Made by a program: the position numbers and the translations under genes
The notes under the pieces: generated by a model
The model's input: only the letters and a program-made list of their open reading frames with translations
What the model was told of the DNA's origin: nothing
Databases searched by the model: none
Source of the DNA: Desulfuromonadales bacterium
Lineage (GTDB): Bacteria > Desulfobacterota > Desulfuromonadia > Desulfuromonadales > SZUA-540
Reading direction: 5' to 3'
Assembly: GCA_033549025.1 (NCBI GenBank)
Contig: JAWSUS010000020.1
Span: forward strand, 1-63,124
DNA length: 63,124 bases
Part shown: one piece after another, positions 38,232 to 50,027 of the stretch
Layout: each line of letters starts with the position of its first letter
Numbering within the stretch: position 1 is the first letter of the stretch

Positions 38232-38891
38232 ATGACCTCATCTGCTGGCACTTCCCTTCAGGGCAAAGCACCCAAATCCAAGCTGCGCGAATACGCCGAA
38301 GCGTTGATCGTCGCCGCCATTCTGGCCCTTTTTATCCGCACCTTCGTGGTCCAGGCCTTCAAGATTCCTTCGGGCTCGATGGAAGATACGCTCCTGATAG
38401 GCGACCACCTGCTGGTCAATAAATTTCTTTACGGCATCAAGATCCCCTTTACCGACAGCCGCTTCTTGACCATCAGGCATCCTGAGAGGGGAGATATTGT
38501 CGTCTTTGAATTCCCCGAAGACAAGGACAAGGGGTACTTTCAGCGCCGGGATTTCATCAAGCGTGTCATCGGTACGCCTGGGGATGTGATAGAAGTGCGC
38601 AACAAGCAGGTCTATCTCAACGGCGAGCTTTACACCATCCCACAGGAAATCCATAAGGAATCGGAAATCCTCGGGGAAAAATACGGCCCCAGGGACTTTA
38701 TGAAGCCCGTGACGGTGCCGGAAGGCAAGTACTTCGTGATGGGGGACAACCGTGACCGCTCCTACGACAGCCGCTTCTGGGGTTTCGTCGACGAAGAGGC
38801 GATCAAGGGACTGGCGTTCATCAAATACTGGTCCTGGGATCGGGATGATCTCAAGCCGCGCTGGAGCCGCATCGGTAGACCTATCCACTGA
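38232..38891 (+). CDS. lepB: Signal peptidase I
   Basis: IPSGSM.DTL..GD, FIKRVIG.PGD, MGDNRDRSYDSR.WG. Confidence 0.97.
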   Translation: MTSSAGTSLQGKAPKSKLREYAEALIVAAILALFIRTFVVQAFKIPSGSMEDTLLIGDHLLVNKFLYGIKIPFTDSRFLTIRHPERGDIVVFEFPEDKDKGYFQRRDFIKRVIGTPGDVIEVRNKQVYLNGELYTIPQEIHKESEILGEKYGPRDFMKPVTVPEGKYFVMGDNRDRSYDSRFWGFVDEEAIKGLAFIKYWSWDRDDLKPRWSRIGRPIH

Positions 38892-38918
38892 TATTCTGTC
38901 CCGACCGTCACTTTACCA

Positions 38919-38948
38919 TTGACTTGGATAAAGCGGTCCTGATACAGT
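38919..38948 (+). promoter_or_regulatory. sigma70 promoter of the pyr operon
   Basis: TTGACT-N18-TACAGT with extended -10 TG. Confidence 0.6.
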
Positions 38949-38969
38949 CCGAAAAATTTGGTTTTACAA

Positions 38970-39661
<692 letters not shown>

Positions 39662-39679
39662 TTTTCAGGGGGGTCCGTC

Positions 39680-40624
39680 ATGGCTTTTCCACACAAACAC
39701 ATTCTGGGCACGGAGCAGCTTTCCAAGGAAGACATCATCCAGATTCTGGATACGGCGGAAAGTTTCCGGGAAATAAATGCCCGCGCTATCAAAAAAGTAC
39801 CGACCCTGCGGGGGAAAACCATCGTCAATCTTTTCTACGAGGCCAGCACCCGCACCCGCACCTCCTTTGAAATTGCCGGAAAGCGCCTTTCCGCTGACAC
39901 CATCAATATCAGCGCCAGTTCGTCCTCCGTGGTCAAAGGGGAAACCCTCGAAGATACCGCCCGCAACATCGAGGCCATGAAACCCGATATCATCGTCATG
40001 CGACATTCGGCTTCGGGCGCCCCCAACTACCTGGCCCAGCGTCTGGATTGTTCGGTGATCAATGCCGGCGACGGGGCGCATGAGCATCCGAGCCAGGCGT
40101 TGCTTGACCTGCTCACCATTCGCCAGCACAAAGGGAAAATAGAGGGGCTCAAGGTCGCCATCATCGGGGATATCGCCCACAGCCGGGTGGCGCGTTCGGA
40201 TCTGTACGCCCTGGTCAAAATGGGCGCGACCGTGCGGCTGGCCGGTCCCGGCACCATGATTCCTCCCGGCATTGAACGCCTGGGGGCCGAGGTCTATACG
40301 GACATCAACCAGGCCCTGGACGGGGCCGACGTCGTGATGATGCTGCGCATTCAGTTGGAGCGTCAGGGCAAAACGCTGCTTCCCACCTTGCGTGAATACG
40401 CGCGCTTCTACGGCCTGAACAAAGACAATCTCAAGCGCGCCAAGAAGGATGCCATCATCATGCATCCCGGCCCCATGAACCGCGGCGTGGAAATTTCCTC
40501 TATCGTCGCCGATGGCGATCAGAACGTTATTCTGGAGCAGGTGGAAAACGGCGTGGCGGTTCGCATGGCCCTGCTGTACCTGGTCGCTGGCGGCGAGGCC
40601 GCCGAGGCGGCTCCCGAAGCCTGA
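39680..40624 (+). CDS. pyrB: Aspartate carbamoyltransferase catalytic subunit
   Basis: EASTRT, NAGDG.HEHPSQ, RIQ.ER, HPGP.NRG. Confidence 0.98.
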   Translation: MAFPHKHILGTEQLSKEDIIQILDTAESFREINARAIKKVPTLRGKTIVNLFYEASTRTRTSFEIAGKRLSADTINISASSSSVVKGETLEDTARNIEAMKPDIIVMRHSASGAPNYLAQRLDCSVINAGDGAHEHPSQALLDLLTIRQHKGKIEGLKVAIIGDIAHSRVARSDLYALVKMGATVRLAGPGTMIPPGIERLGAEVYTDINQALDGADVVMMLRIQLERQGKTLLPTLREYARFYGLNKDNLKRAKKDAIIMHPGPMNRGVEISSIVADGDQNVILEQVENGVAVRMALLYLVAGGEAAEAAPEA

Positions 40625-40661
40625 CCATCAGCCCATCATTTACCCATCTAGTGAGGAGAGT

Positions 40662-41939
40662 ATGGATATATTGATCAAGAACGGCCGCGTTATCGACCCC
40701 GCCAATAAAGTGGATCAGCAGCTGGACGTGCTTATTCGCGACGGCAAGATTGCCCGCATCGAAAAGGAGATTACCGACGCAGACGCCCGTGTACTGGATG
40801 CCAAGGGCTGTCTCGTTGTGCCGGGTCTGGTGGATATGCATGTCCATCTGCGCGATCCCGGTCTGGAATACAAGGAGGACATTGTCAGCGGCACCCGCGC
40901 CGCGGCGGCCGGGGGATTTACCTCGGTGGCCTGCATGCCCAACACCAAACCGGTCAACGATAACAAGGCGGTCACCCTTTACATCCGCAATAAAGCCAAA
41001 GAAGAAGGTTTTGCCAATGTGTTCCCTATCGGCGCCATCACCAAGGGGCAGAAGGGGGAATCCCTGTCGGAAATCGGCGAGCTCAAGGATGCCGGCTGTG
41101 TCGGCCTCTCGGATGATGGCGTTCCCGTCGGCAGCGGCGAACTGATGCGTCGCGCCATGGAATATGCGCGTCCCTTCGACCTGCCGATCATCAGCCACGC
41201 CGAAGATCTTTCTTTGGTGGGGGAGGGGGTCATGAATGACGGTTTCGTGGCGACGGAACTGGGACTCAAGGGCATTCCCTGGGTCGCTGAAGATGCCGCC
41301 ACGGCTCGCGAGGTCATGCTCTGCGAATTCACCGGAGCTCGCCTGCATGTGGCGCATGTTTCCACCCGCGGTTCGGTCGAGATCGTACGCGCCGCCAAGA
41401 AGCGTGGCGTGAACGTCACCTGTGAAGCGACCCCTCACCACTTTACCCTGACGGAAGAAGCGGTGCGCGGCTATGATACCAACGCCAAGATGAATCCGCC
41501 CTTGCGCACCGCCGATGATGTGGCGGCCATTCGGGACGGCCTGGCCGACGGGACCATCGACGCTGTCGCCACCGATCATGCTCCTCACCACTACGATGAA
41601 AAAAATGTGGAGTTCAATATTGCCCTCAACGGCATTGTCGGTCTGGAGACCGCCTTGCCTCTGACCCTCCGTCTGGTCGAGGACGGGGTCCTTTCGCTCA
41701 ATCAGGCCATCTCACTCCTGACCGACCGGCCGGCCCGCATCCTCGGACTTAACCGAGGCACCCTGGGCATCGGCTCTCCGGCTGATGTCACGGTCATTGA
41801 TCCCGACCAAAAATGGGTCATCGACGCCAGTCGCTTTGAATCGAAAAGCAGAAATACTCCTTTTGACGGCTGGAATGTCAAAGGGCGGGTACTTTTTACC
41901 GTATGCAACGGACGTCTTACCTTCGAACATATGGTTTAA
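40662..41939 (+). CDS. pyrC: Dihydroorotase
   Basis: [29 protein letters not shown]. Confidence 0.97.
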   Translation: MDILIKNGRVIDPANKVDQQLDVLIRDGKIARIEKEITDADARVLDAKGCLVVPGLVDMHVHLRDPGLEYKEDIVSGTRAAAAGGFTSVACMPNTKPVNDNKAVTLYIRNKAKEEGFANVFPIGAITKGQKGESLSEIGELKDAGCVGLSDDGVPVGSGELMRRAMEYARPFDLPIISHAEDLSLVGEGVMNDGFVATELGLKGIPWVAEDAATAREVMLCEFTGARLHVAHVSTRGSVEIVRAAKKRGVNVTCEATPHHFTLTEEAVRGYDTNAKMNPPLRTADDVAAIRDGLADGTIDAVATDHAPHHYDEKNVEFNIALNGIVGLETALPLTLRLVEDGVLSLNQAISLLTDRPARILGLNRGTLGIGSPADVTVIDPDQKWVIDASRFESKSRNTPFDGWNVKGRVLFTVCNGRLTFEHMV

Positions 41940-41992
41940 CATCAGGTCGTTACGGATATTTATTAAAGTTGTTTCCAGGGAGTTTTGCAGTT

Positions 41993-43120
41993 ATGAATGC
42001 TATTTTGGCTCTTGCTGACGGCAGGGTCTTTCGCGGTAAGTCTTTTGGGGCGCCGGGCGAAGTAAGCGGAGAGGTTGTCTTCAATACCAGCATGAGCGGG
42101 TATCAGGAAATATTGACGGACCCTTCCTACCGGGGGGAAATTGTCACCATGACCTATCCGCTTATCGGCAATTGCGGCGTCAACCCTGAGGACGTCGAAT
42201 CGTCCCGACCCCATCTTGCCGGTTTTGTCGTCAAGGAAGCTTGCGAAATGCCCAGCAACTGGCGCTCCACCATGTCTCTTGACGCCTACCTGAAAGAAAA
42301 TGGGGTTGTCGGCATTCAGGGCATCGATACCCGGGCCCTGGTTCGGCATATTCGGGACAAAGGGGCGCAGACAGGCATCATTTCCTCCCTGGATCAGGAT
42401 CCGGAGAGCCTCGTGGCCAAGGCACGTCAGGCGCCGTCGATTGTAGGCAGGGATCTTGTCAGGGAAGTCACCTGCCAAAAGCCCTATGAATGGACCGAAG
42501 GGGGATGGGACCTTGAAACCGGTTATCGTCAGGCCGGAGCCTCACCGAGATTCCATGTGGTGGCCTATGATTTCGGGATCAAGCGCAACATTCTGCGCAA
42601 CCTGGTCGACGCCGATTGCCGCGTCACCGTGGTGCCGGCCCATACACCGGCAGAAGAGGTGCTCCGCCTGAATCCCGACGGCATCTTCCTGAGCAATGGT
42701 CCGGGCGACCCTGAACCCATCACCTATGCCCAGGAAAATATCAGGAAGCTTCTCGGGGAAAAACCGATTTTTGGGATCTGTCTGGGCCACCAGCTTCTGG
42801 CCATTGCCCTGGGCGGCAAGACCTACAAGCTCAAGTTTGGACACCGCGGCGGCAACCAGCCGGTTCGCCGCGACGAAACGGGACGGGTGGAAATCACGTC
42901 GCAAAATCACGGTTTTGCCGTGGATGCGGCCTCCATCAAAAACACCGCTGTCCTGACCCACATCAATCTGAACGACAATACGGTGGAAGGGCTGACGCAC
43001 GCGACCTGTCCGGCCTTTTCGGTGCAGTACCACCCCGAAGCGTCTCCAGGACCACACGATGCGCGGTATCTTTTCGCCAAGTTTGTAGACATGATGGCGC
43101 AGTCGAAAAACAGCAAGTAG
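41993..43120 (+). CDS. carA: Carbamoyl-phosphate synthase small subunit
   Basis: [33 protein letters not shown]. Confidence 0.98.
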   Translation: MNAILALADGRVFRGKSFGAPGEVSGEVVFNTSMSGYQEILTDPSYRGEIVTMTYPLIGNCGVNPEDVESSRPHLAGFVVKEACEMPSNWRSTMSLDAYLKENGVVGIQGIDTRALVRHIRDKGAQTGIISSLDQDPESLVAKARQAPSIVGRDLVREVTCQKPYEWTEGGWDLETGYRQAGASPRFHVVAYDFGIKRNILRNLVDADCRVTVVPAHTPAEEVLRLNPDGIFLSNGPGDPEPITYAQENIRKLLGEKPIFGICLGHQLLAIALGGKTYKLKFGHRGGNQPVRRDETGRVEITSQNHGFAVDAASIKNTAVLTHINLNDNTVEGLTHATCPAFSVQYHPEASPGPHDARYLFAKFVDMMAQSKNSK

Positions 43121-43204
43121 AGGGTGGCGAGTGGCGCCCCTGTTTTCATTGATATCGACCGCTACCGATTCACCAAACACTGATTCCCCATAACGGATTT
43201 GCAT

Positions 43205-46200
43205 ATGCCCAAGCGTACTGACATCAAGAAGATCCTCATTATCGGCGCCGGTCCCATTGTGATCGGGCAGGCCTGTGAGTTCGACTACTCCGGCACCCAG
43301 GCCTGCAAGGCGCTTAAAGAAGAGGGATACACCGTCGTTCTTCTCAACTCCAACCCGGCCACCATCATGACCGACCCGGGTTTTGCCGACCGCACTTATA
43401 TCGAGCCCGTGACGCCGGAAGCTTTGACGCGCATCATCGAGAAGGAGCGCCCTGACGCCGTGCTGCCCACTCTGGGCGGACAGACGGCGCTCAACACCGC
43501 TGTTGCCGTCGCCAAAAATGGCACCCTGGAAAAATACGGGGTGGAATTGATCGGGGCCAAGCTGCCGGCCATCGAAAAAGCCGAAGATCGCACTCTGTTT
43601 AAACGGGCGATGGAAAAAATCGGGATACCCGTCCCCCGGTCCGGTCTGGCGCATAATTTCCAGGAGGCGATGGAGATTATCGAACATGTCAAGTTCCCGG
43701 CCATTATCCGGCCTTCCTTCACCCTGGGCGGCACGGGCGGCGGCATTGCCTACAACATGGAAGAATATGAAACCATGGCCATAGCCGGCATTGACGCCTC
43801 GCCGACTGATGAAATCCTGGTGGAAGAATCGGTGATCGGCTGGAAGGAGTACGAACTCGAGGTCATGCGCGACCTGGCCGACAACGTGGTCATCATCTGT
43901 TCGATCGAGAATCTGGATCCCATGGGGGTTCACACGGGGGATTCCATCACCGTCGCGCCGGCGCAAACGCTGACGGACAAGGAGTATCAGCTGCTTCGGG
44001 ATGCTTCCATTAAAATCATCCGTGAAATTGGCGTCGAAACGGGCGGGTCCAATATCCAGTTCGGCATCAACCCCGCTGACGGGCGCATGGTCGTCATCGA
44101 GATGAATCCCCGTGTTTCCCGTTCGTCGGCGCTGGCTTCCAAGGCAACCGGTTTCCCTATCGCCAAGATCGCCGCCAAGCTTTCCGTCGGCTATACCCTC
44201 GACGAAATTTCCAACGACATCACCCGGGAAACGCTGGCCTCTTTCGAGCCCACGATCGATTATGTCGTAACCAAAATTCCCCGGTTCACCTTTGAAAAGT
44301 TTCCGCAGGCCGACGCCACCCTGACGACCCAGATGAAATCCGTCGGCGAAGTCATGGCCATCGGCCGCACCTTCAAAGAAAGTCTGCAGAAGGCTCTTCG
44401 CTCTCTGGAAATCGGCTCTCACGGATTTGAGAGTCGCCTCTTTGATCTCGCGGACGATCAGCGCCGCGCCTTAACTGGCGAGGAAGAGGACCTCCTGCGC
44501 GGCAAATTGCGGACTCCCGGTTGGGACCGCCTCTGGTATGTCGCCGATGCTTTTCGGGCGGGCTTCAGCCTGGAAGAGATCCATCAGCTGACCTATATAG
44601 ACCCCTGGTTTTTGCACAATATTCAGCAGATCCTCGCCATGGAAGATTTGCTTCTGAACCAGCGCCACAAAGGCATCAGGCAGGGAGACGAGGTCAAGGT
44701 TCTTCTGCGCACGGCGAAGCAATACGGGTTCTCTGACAAGCGTCTGGCGGTTCTTTGGGGCATTACCGAAAATGATCTCCGGCAGATCCGTCTGGGATTC
44801 GGCATCCGCCCCGTCTATAAACGGGTCGATACCTGCGGTGCCGAGTTCGAGGCCTATACGCCCTACCTGTATTCTTGCTACGAAACCGAATGTGAAGCTG
44901 CTCCGAGCGACCGTAAAAAGGTGATGATCCTCGGTGGTGGTCCCAACCGGATCGGCCAGGGGATCGAATTCGACTACTGCTGCGTCCATGGGGTTTTTGC
45001 TCTGGCCAAAGACGGTTATGAAACCATTATGGTCAACTGTAATCCCGAAACGGTGTCGACGGATTACGACACCTCTGACCGCCTCTACTTCGAGCCGCTA
45101 ACGCTGGAAGATGTCCTGGAAATCGTCGAGGTGGAAAAACCCGTTGGCGTCATCGTCCAGTTTGGTGGCCAGACCCCCTTGAAGCTCGCCGTGGCGCTGG
45201 AGAAAGCCGGCGTTCCCATCATCGGCACCTCGCCTGACGCCATCGACCGCGCTGAAGACCGCGAACGCTTCCAGGCTCTGCTGCACAAACTCGACCTGCT
45301 GCAGCCGGACAACGGTATTGCCCGCTCCGTTGAGGAATCGGAAAAAATCGCCGAACGCATCGGCTACCCGGTGGTCGTACGTCCGTCCTATGTTCTTGGC
45401 GGGCGGGCGATGGAGATCGTCTACAGCTCCGAGCAACTGCGAAACTACATGAAATACGCTGTCGAGGCCTCGCCGGAGCACCCCATCCTGATCGACAAAT
45501 TTCTGGAGGAGGCCATCGAGGTCGATGTCGATGCCCTTTCCGACGGCAAGGACGTGATTATCGGCGGCATCATGCAGCACATCGAAGAAGCCGGCATCCA
45601 CTCTGGAGATTCGGCCTGCGCCCTGCCACCTTTTTCTCTGGCCCCCGAAACCTTGGAGGAAATCAGGCGGCAGACCGTCGAGCTGGCCCTCGAATTGAAT
45701 GTGGTCGGGCTGATGAACATTCAGTACGCCATCAAGGGGCAAACGATCTATCTTCTTGAAGTCAACCCGCGCGCCAGCCGGACCGTCCCCTTTGTCTCCA
45801 AGGCCACCGGTCGCCCGCTGGCCCAGATCGCCGCCCGGATCATGGCCGGCAAAAGCCTGCAGGAACTTGGCGTATCGGGTGAGATTGTTCCCCAGCACAC
45901 GGCTGTTAAGGAGTCTGTCTTCCCCTTTGTCAAATTCCCGGGTGTCGATACGCTGTTAGGTCCTGAAATGAAATCGACCGGGGAGGTCATGGGGCTGGAC
46001 ATGGATTTTGGCAAGGCCTTCGCAAAAGCCCAACTGGCGGCTGGAGTGAAACTGCCGCTGGAGGGAAAAGTTTTCATCAGCGTCAAAGATGCCGACAAAA
46101 AGGGGATTCTGGAGGCTGCCCGCAAACTGGTTTCGGCCGGATTCGAGCTGGTGGCGACAGCGGGAACCGCCAGTTTTCTTCAGGAGAAGGACATCCCCGT

Positions 46201-46462
46201 TCAGAGAATCAATAAGGTGAAGGAAGGCAGACCGCACTGTGTTGACGCAATAAAAAGTCATGAAATTGCTATGGTTTTCAACACGACTTTTGGCGCCCAG
46301 TCCGTGGCCGACTCCTACTCGATCCGGCGGTCATCGCTTATGTACAACGTCGCCTACTACACCACCGTGGCCGGCATGATCGCCGCAGTGGACGGTATTT
46401 TGGCCATGAAGAGAGAAACTCTTGACGTAAAACCTCTTCAAGAGTATCATTTCGACCAATGA
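43205..46462 (+). CDS. carB: Carbamoyl-phosphate synthase large subunit
   Basis: [19 protein letters not shown], duplicated ATP-grasp halves, C-terminal MGS domain. Confidence 0.99.
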   Translation: MPKRTDIKKILIIGAGPIVIGQACEFDYSGTQACKALKEEGYTVVLLNSNPATIMTDPGFADRTYIEPVTPEALTRIIEKERPDAVLPTLGGQTALNTAVAVAKNGTLEKYGVELIGAKLPAIEKAEDRTLFKRAMEKIGIPVPRSGLAHNFQEAMEIIEHVKFPAIIRPSFTLGGTGGGIAYNMEEYETMAIAGIDASPTDEILVEESVIGWKEYELEVMRDLADNVVIICSIENLDPMGVHTGDSITVAPAQTLTDKEYQLLRDASIKIIREIGVETGGSNIQFGINPADGRMVVIEMNPRVSRSSALASKATGFPIAKIAAKLSVGYTLDEISNDITRETLASFEPTIDYVVTKIPRFTFEKFPQADATLTTQMKSVGEVMAIGRTFKESLQKALRSLEIGSHGFESRLFDLADDQRRALTGEEEDLLRGKLRTPGWDRLWYVADAFRAGFSLEEIHQLTYIDPWFLHNIQQILAMEDLLLNQRHKGIRQGDEVKVLLRTAKQYGFSDKRLAVLWGITENDLRQIRLGFGIRPVYKRVDTCGAEFEAYTPYLYSCYETECEAAPSDRKKVMILGGGPNRIGQGIEFDYCCVHGVFALAKDGYETIMVNCNPETVSTDYDTSDRLYFEPLTLEDVLEIVEVEKPVGVIVQFGGQTPLKLAVALEKAGVPIIGTSPDAIDRAEDRERFQALLHKLDLLQPDNGIARSVEESEKIAERIGYPVVVRPSYVLGGRAMEIVYSSEQLRNYMKYAVEASPEHPILIDKFLEEAIEVDVDALSDGKDVIIGGIMQHIEEAGIHSGDSACALPPFSLAPETLEEIRRQTVELALELNVVGLMNIQYAIKGQTIYLLEVNPRASRTVPFVSKATGRPLAQIAARIMAGKSLQELGVSGEIVPQHTAVKESVFPFVKFPGVDTLLGPEMKSTGEVMGLDMDFGKAFAKAQLAAGVKLPLEGKVFISVKDADKKGILEAARKLVSAGFELVATAGTASFLQEKDIPVQRINKVKEGRPHCVDAIKSHEIAMVFNTTFGAQSVADSYSIRRSSLMYNVAYYTTVAGMIAAVDGILAMKRETLDVKPLQEYHFDQ

Positions 46463-46500
46463 CGGCCTGAAGACAGGCATAAAAAAGAAAAATATCTTTT

Positions 46501-46532
46501 TCGGGCGGGGTAACCCGCCCGATGATTTTTTT
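46501..46532 (+). terminator. Hairpin/terminator between carB and greA
   Basis: CGGGCGGG-gtaa-CCCGCCCG followed shortly by a T run. Confidence 0.6.
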
Positions 46533-46557
46533 AAGGAGCGAAAAGGATCAAGGATTC

Positions 46558-47034
46558 ATGACTGACTCAGTACCTATGACTCGTGAAGGCTACCAACGCC
46601 TCCAGGAAGAACTTAAAAACCTTATTCGTGTCGAACGCCCCAAAGTGGTCCAGGATATTGCCGAAGCACGCGGCCACGGGGACCTTTCCGAAAACGCCGA
46701 ATATGACGCGGCCAAGAACCGTCAAGGATTCATCGAAGGGCGTATCAAGGAACTCAACGACAAGATTGCCAGGGCCCAGGTGATCAACCCGGCTGAACTG
46801 GACACCGACAAAGTGGTCTTTGGGGCCAAGGTGACCCTCTTTGACGTGGATTCCGGCGTCGAGACGACCTACCAGATTGTCGGCGAAGATGAAGCCGATA
46901 TCAAATTTGGCAAAATCTCCATTACTTCCCCCGTGGGGAAGTCACTGATAGGACATCAACTCGACGAAGAAGTGCGCATCAAAGTACCCTCCGGTCTTAA
47001 AGTGTACGAAATCATCGATATCAAATACGAATAG
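46558..47034 (+). CDS. greA: Transcription elongation factor GreA
   Basis: GDLSENAEY, IVGEDEAD, SPVG..L.G. Confidence 0.97.
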   Translation: MTDSVPMTREGYQRLQEELKNLIRVERPKVVQDIAEARGHGDLSENAEYDAAKNRQGFIEGRIKELNDKIARAQVINPAELDTDKVVFGAKVTLFDVDSGVETTYQIVGEDEADIKFGKISITSPVGKSLIGHQLDEEVRIKVPSGLKVYEIIDIKYE

Positions 47035-47045
47035 AGGAGAAACAC

Positions 47046-47249
47046 ATGAGCGACAAAATTACCAAGGATATGACCTTTCACCAGGTTCTTCAGATGAGCC
47101 CCGAAGTGGCTAAAGTACTGCGCAACTACAACCTGGGTTGCGTCGGTTGCATGGGCGCCATGAATGAAACCCTGGAGCAGGGTTCCATTGCCCACGGGCT
47201 GGACGTCAACGACATCCTCAGAGACCTGAACGCCATTTTCGCCGAATAA
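47046..47249 (+). CDS. DUF1858 domain small protein
   Basis: ITKDMT, LGCVGC, ETLEQG..AHG; GAGGAG RBS. Confidence 0.88.
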   Translation: MSDKITKDMTFHQVLQMSPEVAKVLRNYNLGCVGCMGAMNETLEQGSIAHGLDVNDILRDLNAIFAE

Positions 47250-47261
47250 AGGGGAGGGGAG

Positions 47262-49415
47262 ATGCCCCCGATCCTTTCCTACCAAAGCAGTCGATCCATT
47301 CTCACAACCCCCCTGGACCAGATCCGGGGGGTTGGACCCCGCCTTCTGGAAAAACTACGTCAAATGGGTGTTTCCTCACTGGAGGATGCCCTCTATACGC
47401 TGCCCCACCGCTATGAAGACCGCCGGGAAATACGCAAAATTGCCCATTTACGCCCCGGCAGAAGCGAAGTCTTCTATGGGGAGGTCCTTGCGGCCAGCGA
47501 AACGCTGACGCCCAGAGCCCGCAAGAAAATCTTCGAAGTCATTGTCTCTGACGGTAGCGGGCAGGTTTCCCTGAAATGGTTCCGCTATCAACGAAACTGG
47601 ATCAAAAGTCGCTTTTCCCCGGGGAAGAAAGGGCTGTTCAACGGCGAAGTAAAGCGGTTCGGAGCCCGCTCCGAGGTTCATCATCCCGATGTGGACTTTC
47701 TGCCCGACGAGGTCTCCCTGCAGGACCATCTGGCCTCGGACCCTCTCAATTTTGGCCGCATTCTGCCTGTGTATCCTTTAACCGAAGGTCTGTCGCAAAA
47801 AGTCGCCAGGAAAATATGGAAAGACATTATCGAGACCTACGCCCCCAGGCTGGTATCGCCAATCCCTGTTGACATCCTAAAGAAATACCGGTTGCTGCCC
47901 CTGGCCCCGGCCGTAGAACAGGTACACTGGCCTGATGACAAGGCCTCTGTGGAAGATCTGGAGGAGGGGAGGGACCAGGGCCGCCGATCCATCGTATTTG
48001 ATGAGTTTTTCTTTCTCGAGCTGGGTTTGGCGCTGCGTCGCCAGGGCCTGATTCTTGAGCAGGGCATTCCTTTTCAGGTAAATCACCTGTATACGAAGCC
48101 CCTGGCGGAAATGCTGCCTTTCAGACTGACGGCGGCCCAAAAAAGGGTTCTGGGAGAGATCAAAAGAGATGTGATGCGCCCGCACCCGATGAACCGTCTG
48201 GTGCAGGGGGATGTCGGCAGCGGCAAAACCATCGTCGCCCTGATGGCTGCCTTGCTGGCTATCGAGAACGATACCCAGGTTGCTGTGGTCGCCCCGACCG
48301 AAATACTGGCTGAACAGCACTACCTTAACTTTCGCCCTTGGCTCGAAGCGCTCAACCTTCAGGTCGGTCTTCTTTCGGGATCATCATCTCCGGCGGATCG
48401 CCGGAACCTCCTCGAAGGTCTTCGTGCCGGCACGATTCATCTCTTGGTGGGGACTCACGCCGTTCTGCAGGAGAATGTCGAGTTCAAACGACTGGGGCTC
48501 GGTATCATCGACGAACAGCATCGATTCGGAGTGAAGCAAAGGGCTGTTCTCCGCAGGAAAGGGGAAAATCCACATATTCTGGTCATGACCGCCACTCCCA
48601 TTCCCCGAACTCTTTCCCTGACCCTTTACGGGGACCTGGCTCTGTCCGTGATCGATGAACTACCTCCCGGCCGAACACCGATCACCACCCGGATCATTGC
48701 GGAAAATCCCCAAAATACAGCTTATGACATCATTTCGCGCGAACTGGAGGCGGGCCGGCAGGCCTACATCGTCTATCCGTTGGTGGAAGAGTCCGAAAAA
48801 AGCGATCTGAAAGCCGCCACCGAAGCGGCCCAACAGCTGGCTACGGAAATTTTTCCTCAACATCGGATTGGCCTGCTTCATGGGCGTCTGAAGACAGAGG
48901 AAAAAGAAACCGTGATGAATGCCTTCAAAAATCACCAAATCGATATCCTGGTATCCACCACGGTCATCGAGGTGGGCATTGATGTGCCTAACGCCACGGT
49001 GATGCTGGTTGAGCACGCGGAAAGGTTCGGGCTGGCCCAACTGCACCAGCTGCGCGGGCGGGTAGGGCGGGGCGAACATCGGGGACATTGCCTGTTGGTA
49101 CACTCCTCTCGGTATACGGAAGACGCCAGACAGCGACTGGAAGTCATGGCCAAAACTACCGATGGATTCCAGATTGCCGAGGCCGATCTGCACATTCGAG
49201 GGCCGGGCGAACTGATGGGGACCCGACAGGCCGGACTGCCGGACTTCAGGGTGGCCAATCTGCTGCGGGATGGTTATCTCCTTGACCAGGCCCGAGAAGA
49301 AGCCTTTAATCTGGCTGAAAAAGAGGATTTTTTACGAAACCCCGAGTATCAGGAGCTGCGAGAGGCGCTCATGGATCGCTGGGGGGATCGACTGGAGTTG
49401 GCTACGGTCGCCTGA
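47262..49415 (+). CDS. recG: ATP-dependent DNA helicase RecG
   Basis: QGDVGSGKT, DEQHRFG, TATPIPRT, QLRGRVGRG, RGPGE..G.RQ.G. Confidence 0.98.
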   Translation: MPPILSYQSSRSILTTPLDQIRGVGPRLLEKLRQMGVSSLEDALYTLPHRYEDRREIRKIAHLRPGRSEVFYGEVLAASETLTPRARKKIFEVIVSDGSGQVSLKWFRYQRNWIKSRFSPGKKGLFNGEVKRFGARSEVHHPDVDFLPDEVSLQDHLASDPLNFGRILPVYPLTEGLSQKVARKIWKDIIETYAPRLVSPIPVDILKKYRLLPLAPAVEQVHWPDDKASVEDLEEGRDQGRRSIVFDEFFFLELGLALRRQGLILEQGIPFQVNHLYTKPLAEMLPFRLTAAQKRVLGEIKRDVMRPHPMNRLVQGDVGSGKTIVALMAALLAIENDTQVAVVAPTEILAEQHYLNFRPWLEALNLQVGLLSGSSSPADRRNLLEGLRAGTIHLLVGTHAVLQENVEFKRLGLGIIDEQHRFGVKQRAVLRRKGENPHILVMTATPIPRTLSLTLYGDLALSVIDELPPGRTPITTRIIAENPQNTAYDIISRELEAGRQAYIVYPLVEESEKSDLKAATEAAQQLATEIFPQHRIGLLHGRLKTEEKETVMNAFKNHQIDILVSTTVIEVGIDVPNATVMLVEHAERFGLAQLHQLRGRVGRGEHRGHCLLVHSSRYTEDARQRLEVMAKTTDGFQIAEADLHIRGPGELMGTRQAGLPDFRVANLLRDGYLLDQAREEAFNLAEKEDFLRNPEYQELREALMDRWGDRLELATVA

Positions 49416-49440
49416 TCCTGAGCTTTTCGGGAGAAATCAC

Positions 49441-50016
49441 ATGGAACCTCAACAGATCGAATTAATAACCGCTATTCTCATTGGCATAGGCCTGAGTGCA
49501 GCCAGCGGATTCAGGGTTTTTGTGCCCCTGCTTGGCGTCAGCATTGCCGCACATTACGGTCTGTTGTCATTGTCTCCCCAGTTCTCCTGGCTTGGCAGCG
49601 AATCAGCGCTGGTAGCGCTGGCCTTTGCCACCGTGCTTGAAGTCGCAGCCTATACGATTCCCTTCATTGACAATCTGGTCGATTCCATCACGACCCCGGC
49701 CGCTGTTATCGCGGGGACACTGCTGATGGCATCCCTGCTCGGCGATGTCTCACCATTTCTTCAGTGGTCGCTCGCCATCATTGCCGGAGGGGGTACGGCA
49801 GGGTTAGTGCAGATGAGCAGCGTTATGGTTCGCGGGGGATCTAGTCTTATCACCGGCGGCCTCGGTAATCTCCTCATAGGGGGACTGGAACTTATCGGGT
49901 CCATACTCATGACCGTTCTGGCCCTGATGGCTCCGGTTATAGCCGTGACCGGCCTGTTGATCTGTTTGCTTCTGGTTTTTCGGTTTTTTTACACAAAACG
50001 ATCGGCGCGATACTAA
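49441..50016 (+). CDS. DUF4126 family membrane protein
   Basis: GLSAASGFRVFVPL, E..AY.IP..DN..D. Confidence 0.85.
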   Translation: MEPQQIELITAILIGIGLSAASGFRVFVPLLGVSIAAHYGLLSLSPQFSWLGSESALVALAFATVLEVAAYTIPFIDNLVDSITTPAAVIAGTLLMASLLGDVSPFLQWSLAIIAGGGTAGLVQMSSVMVRGGSSLITGGLGNLLIGGLELIGSILMTVLALMAPVIAVTGLLICLLLVFRFFYTKRSARY

Positions 50017-50027
50017 TGTGAGTTAGT

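Noticed and set aside
43163..43190. Imperfect tandem ACCGATTCACCA / ACTGATTCCCCA between carA and carB
   Set aside because: Only two short, imperfect copies; not distinguishable from chance.
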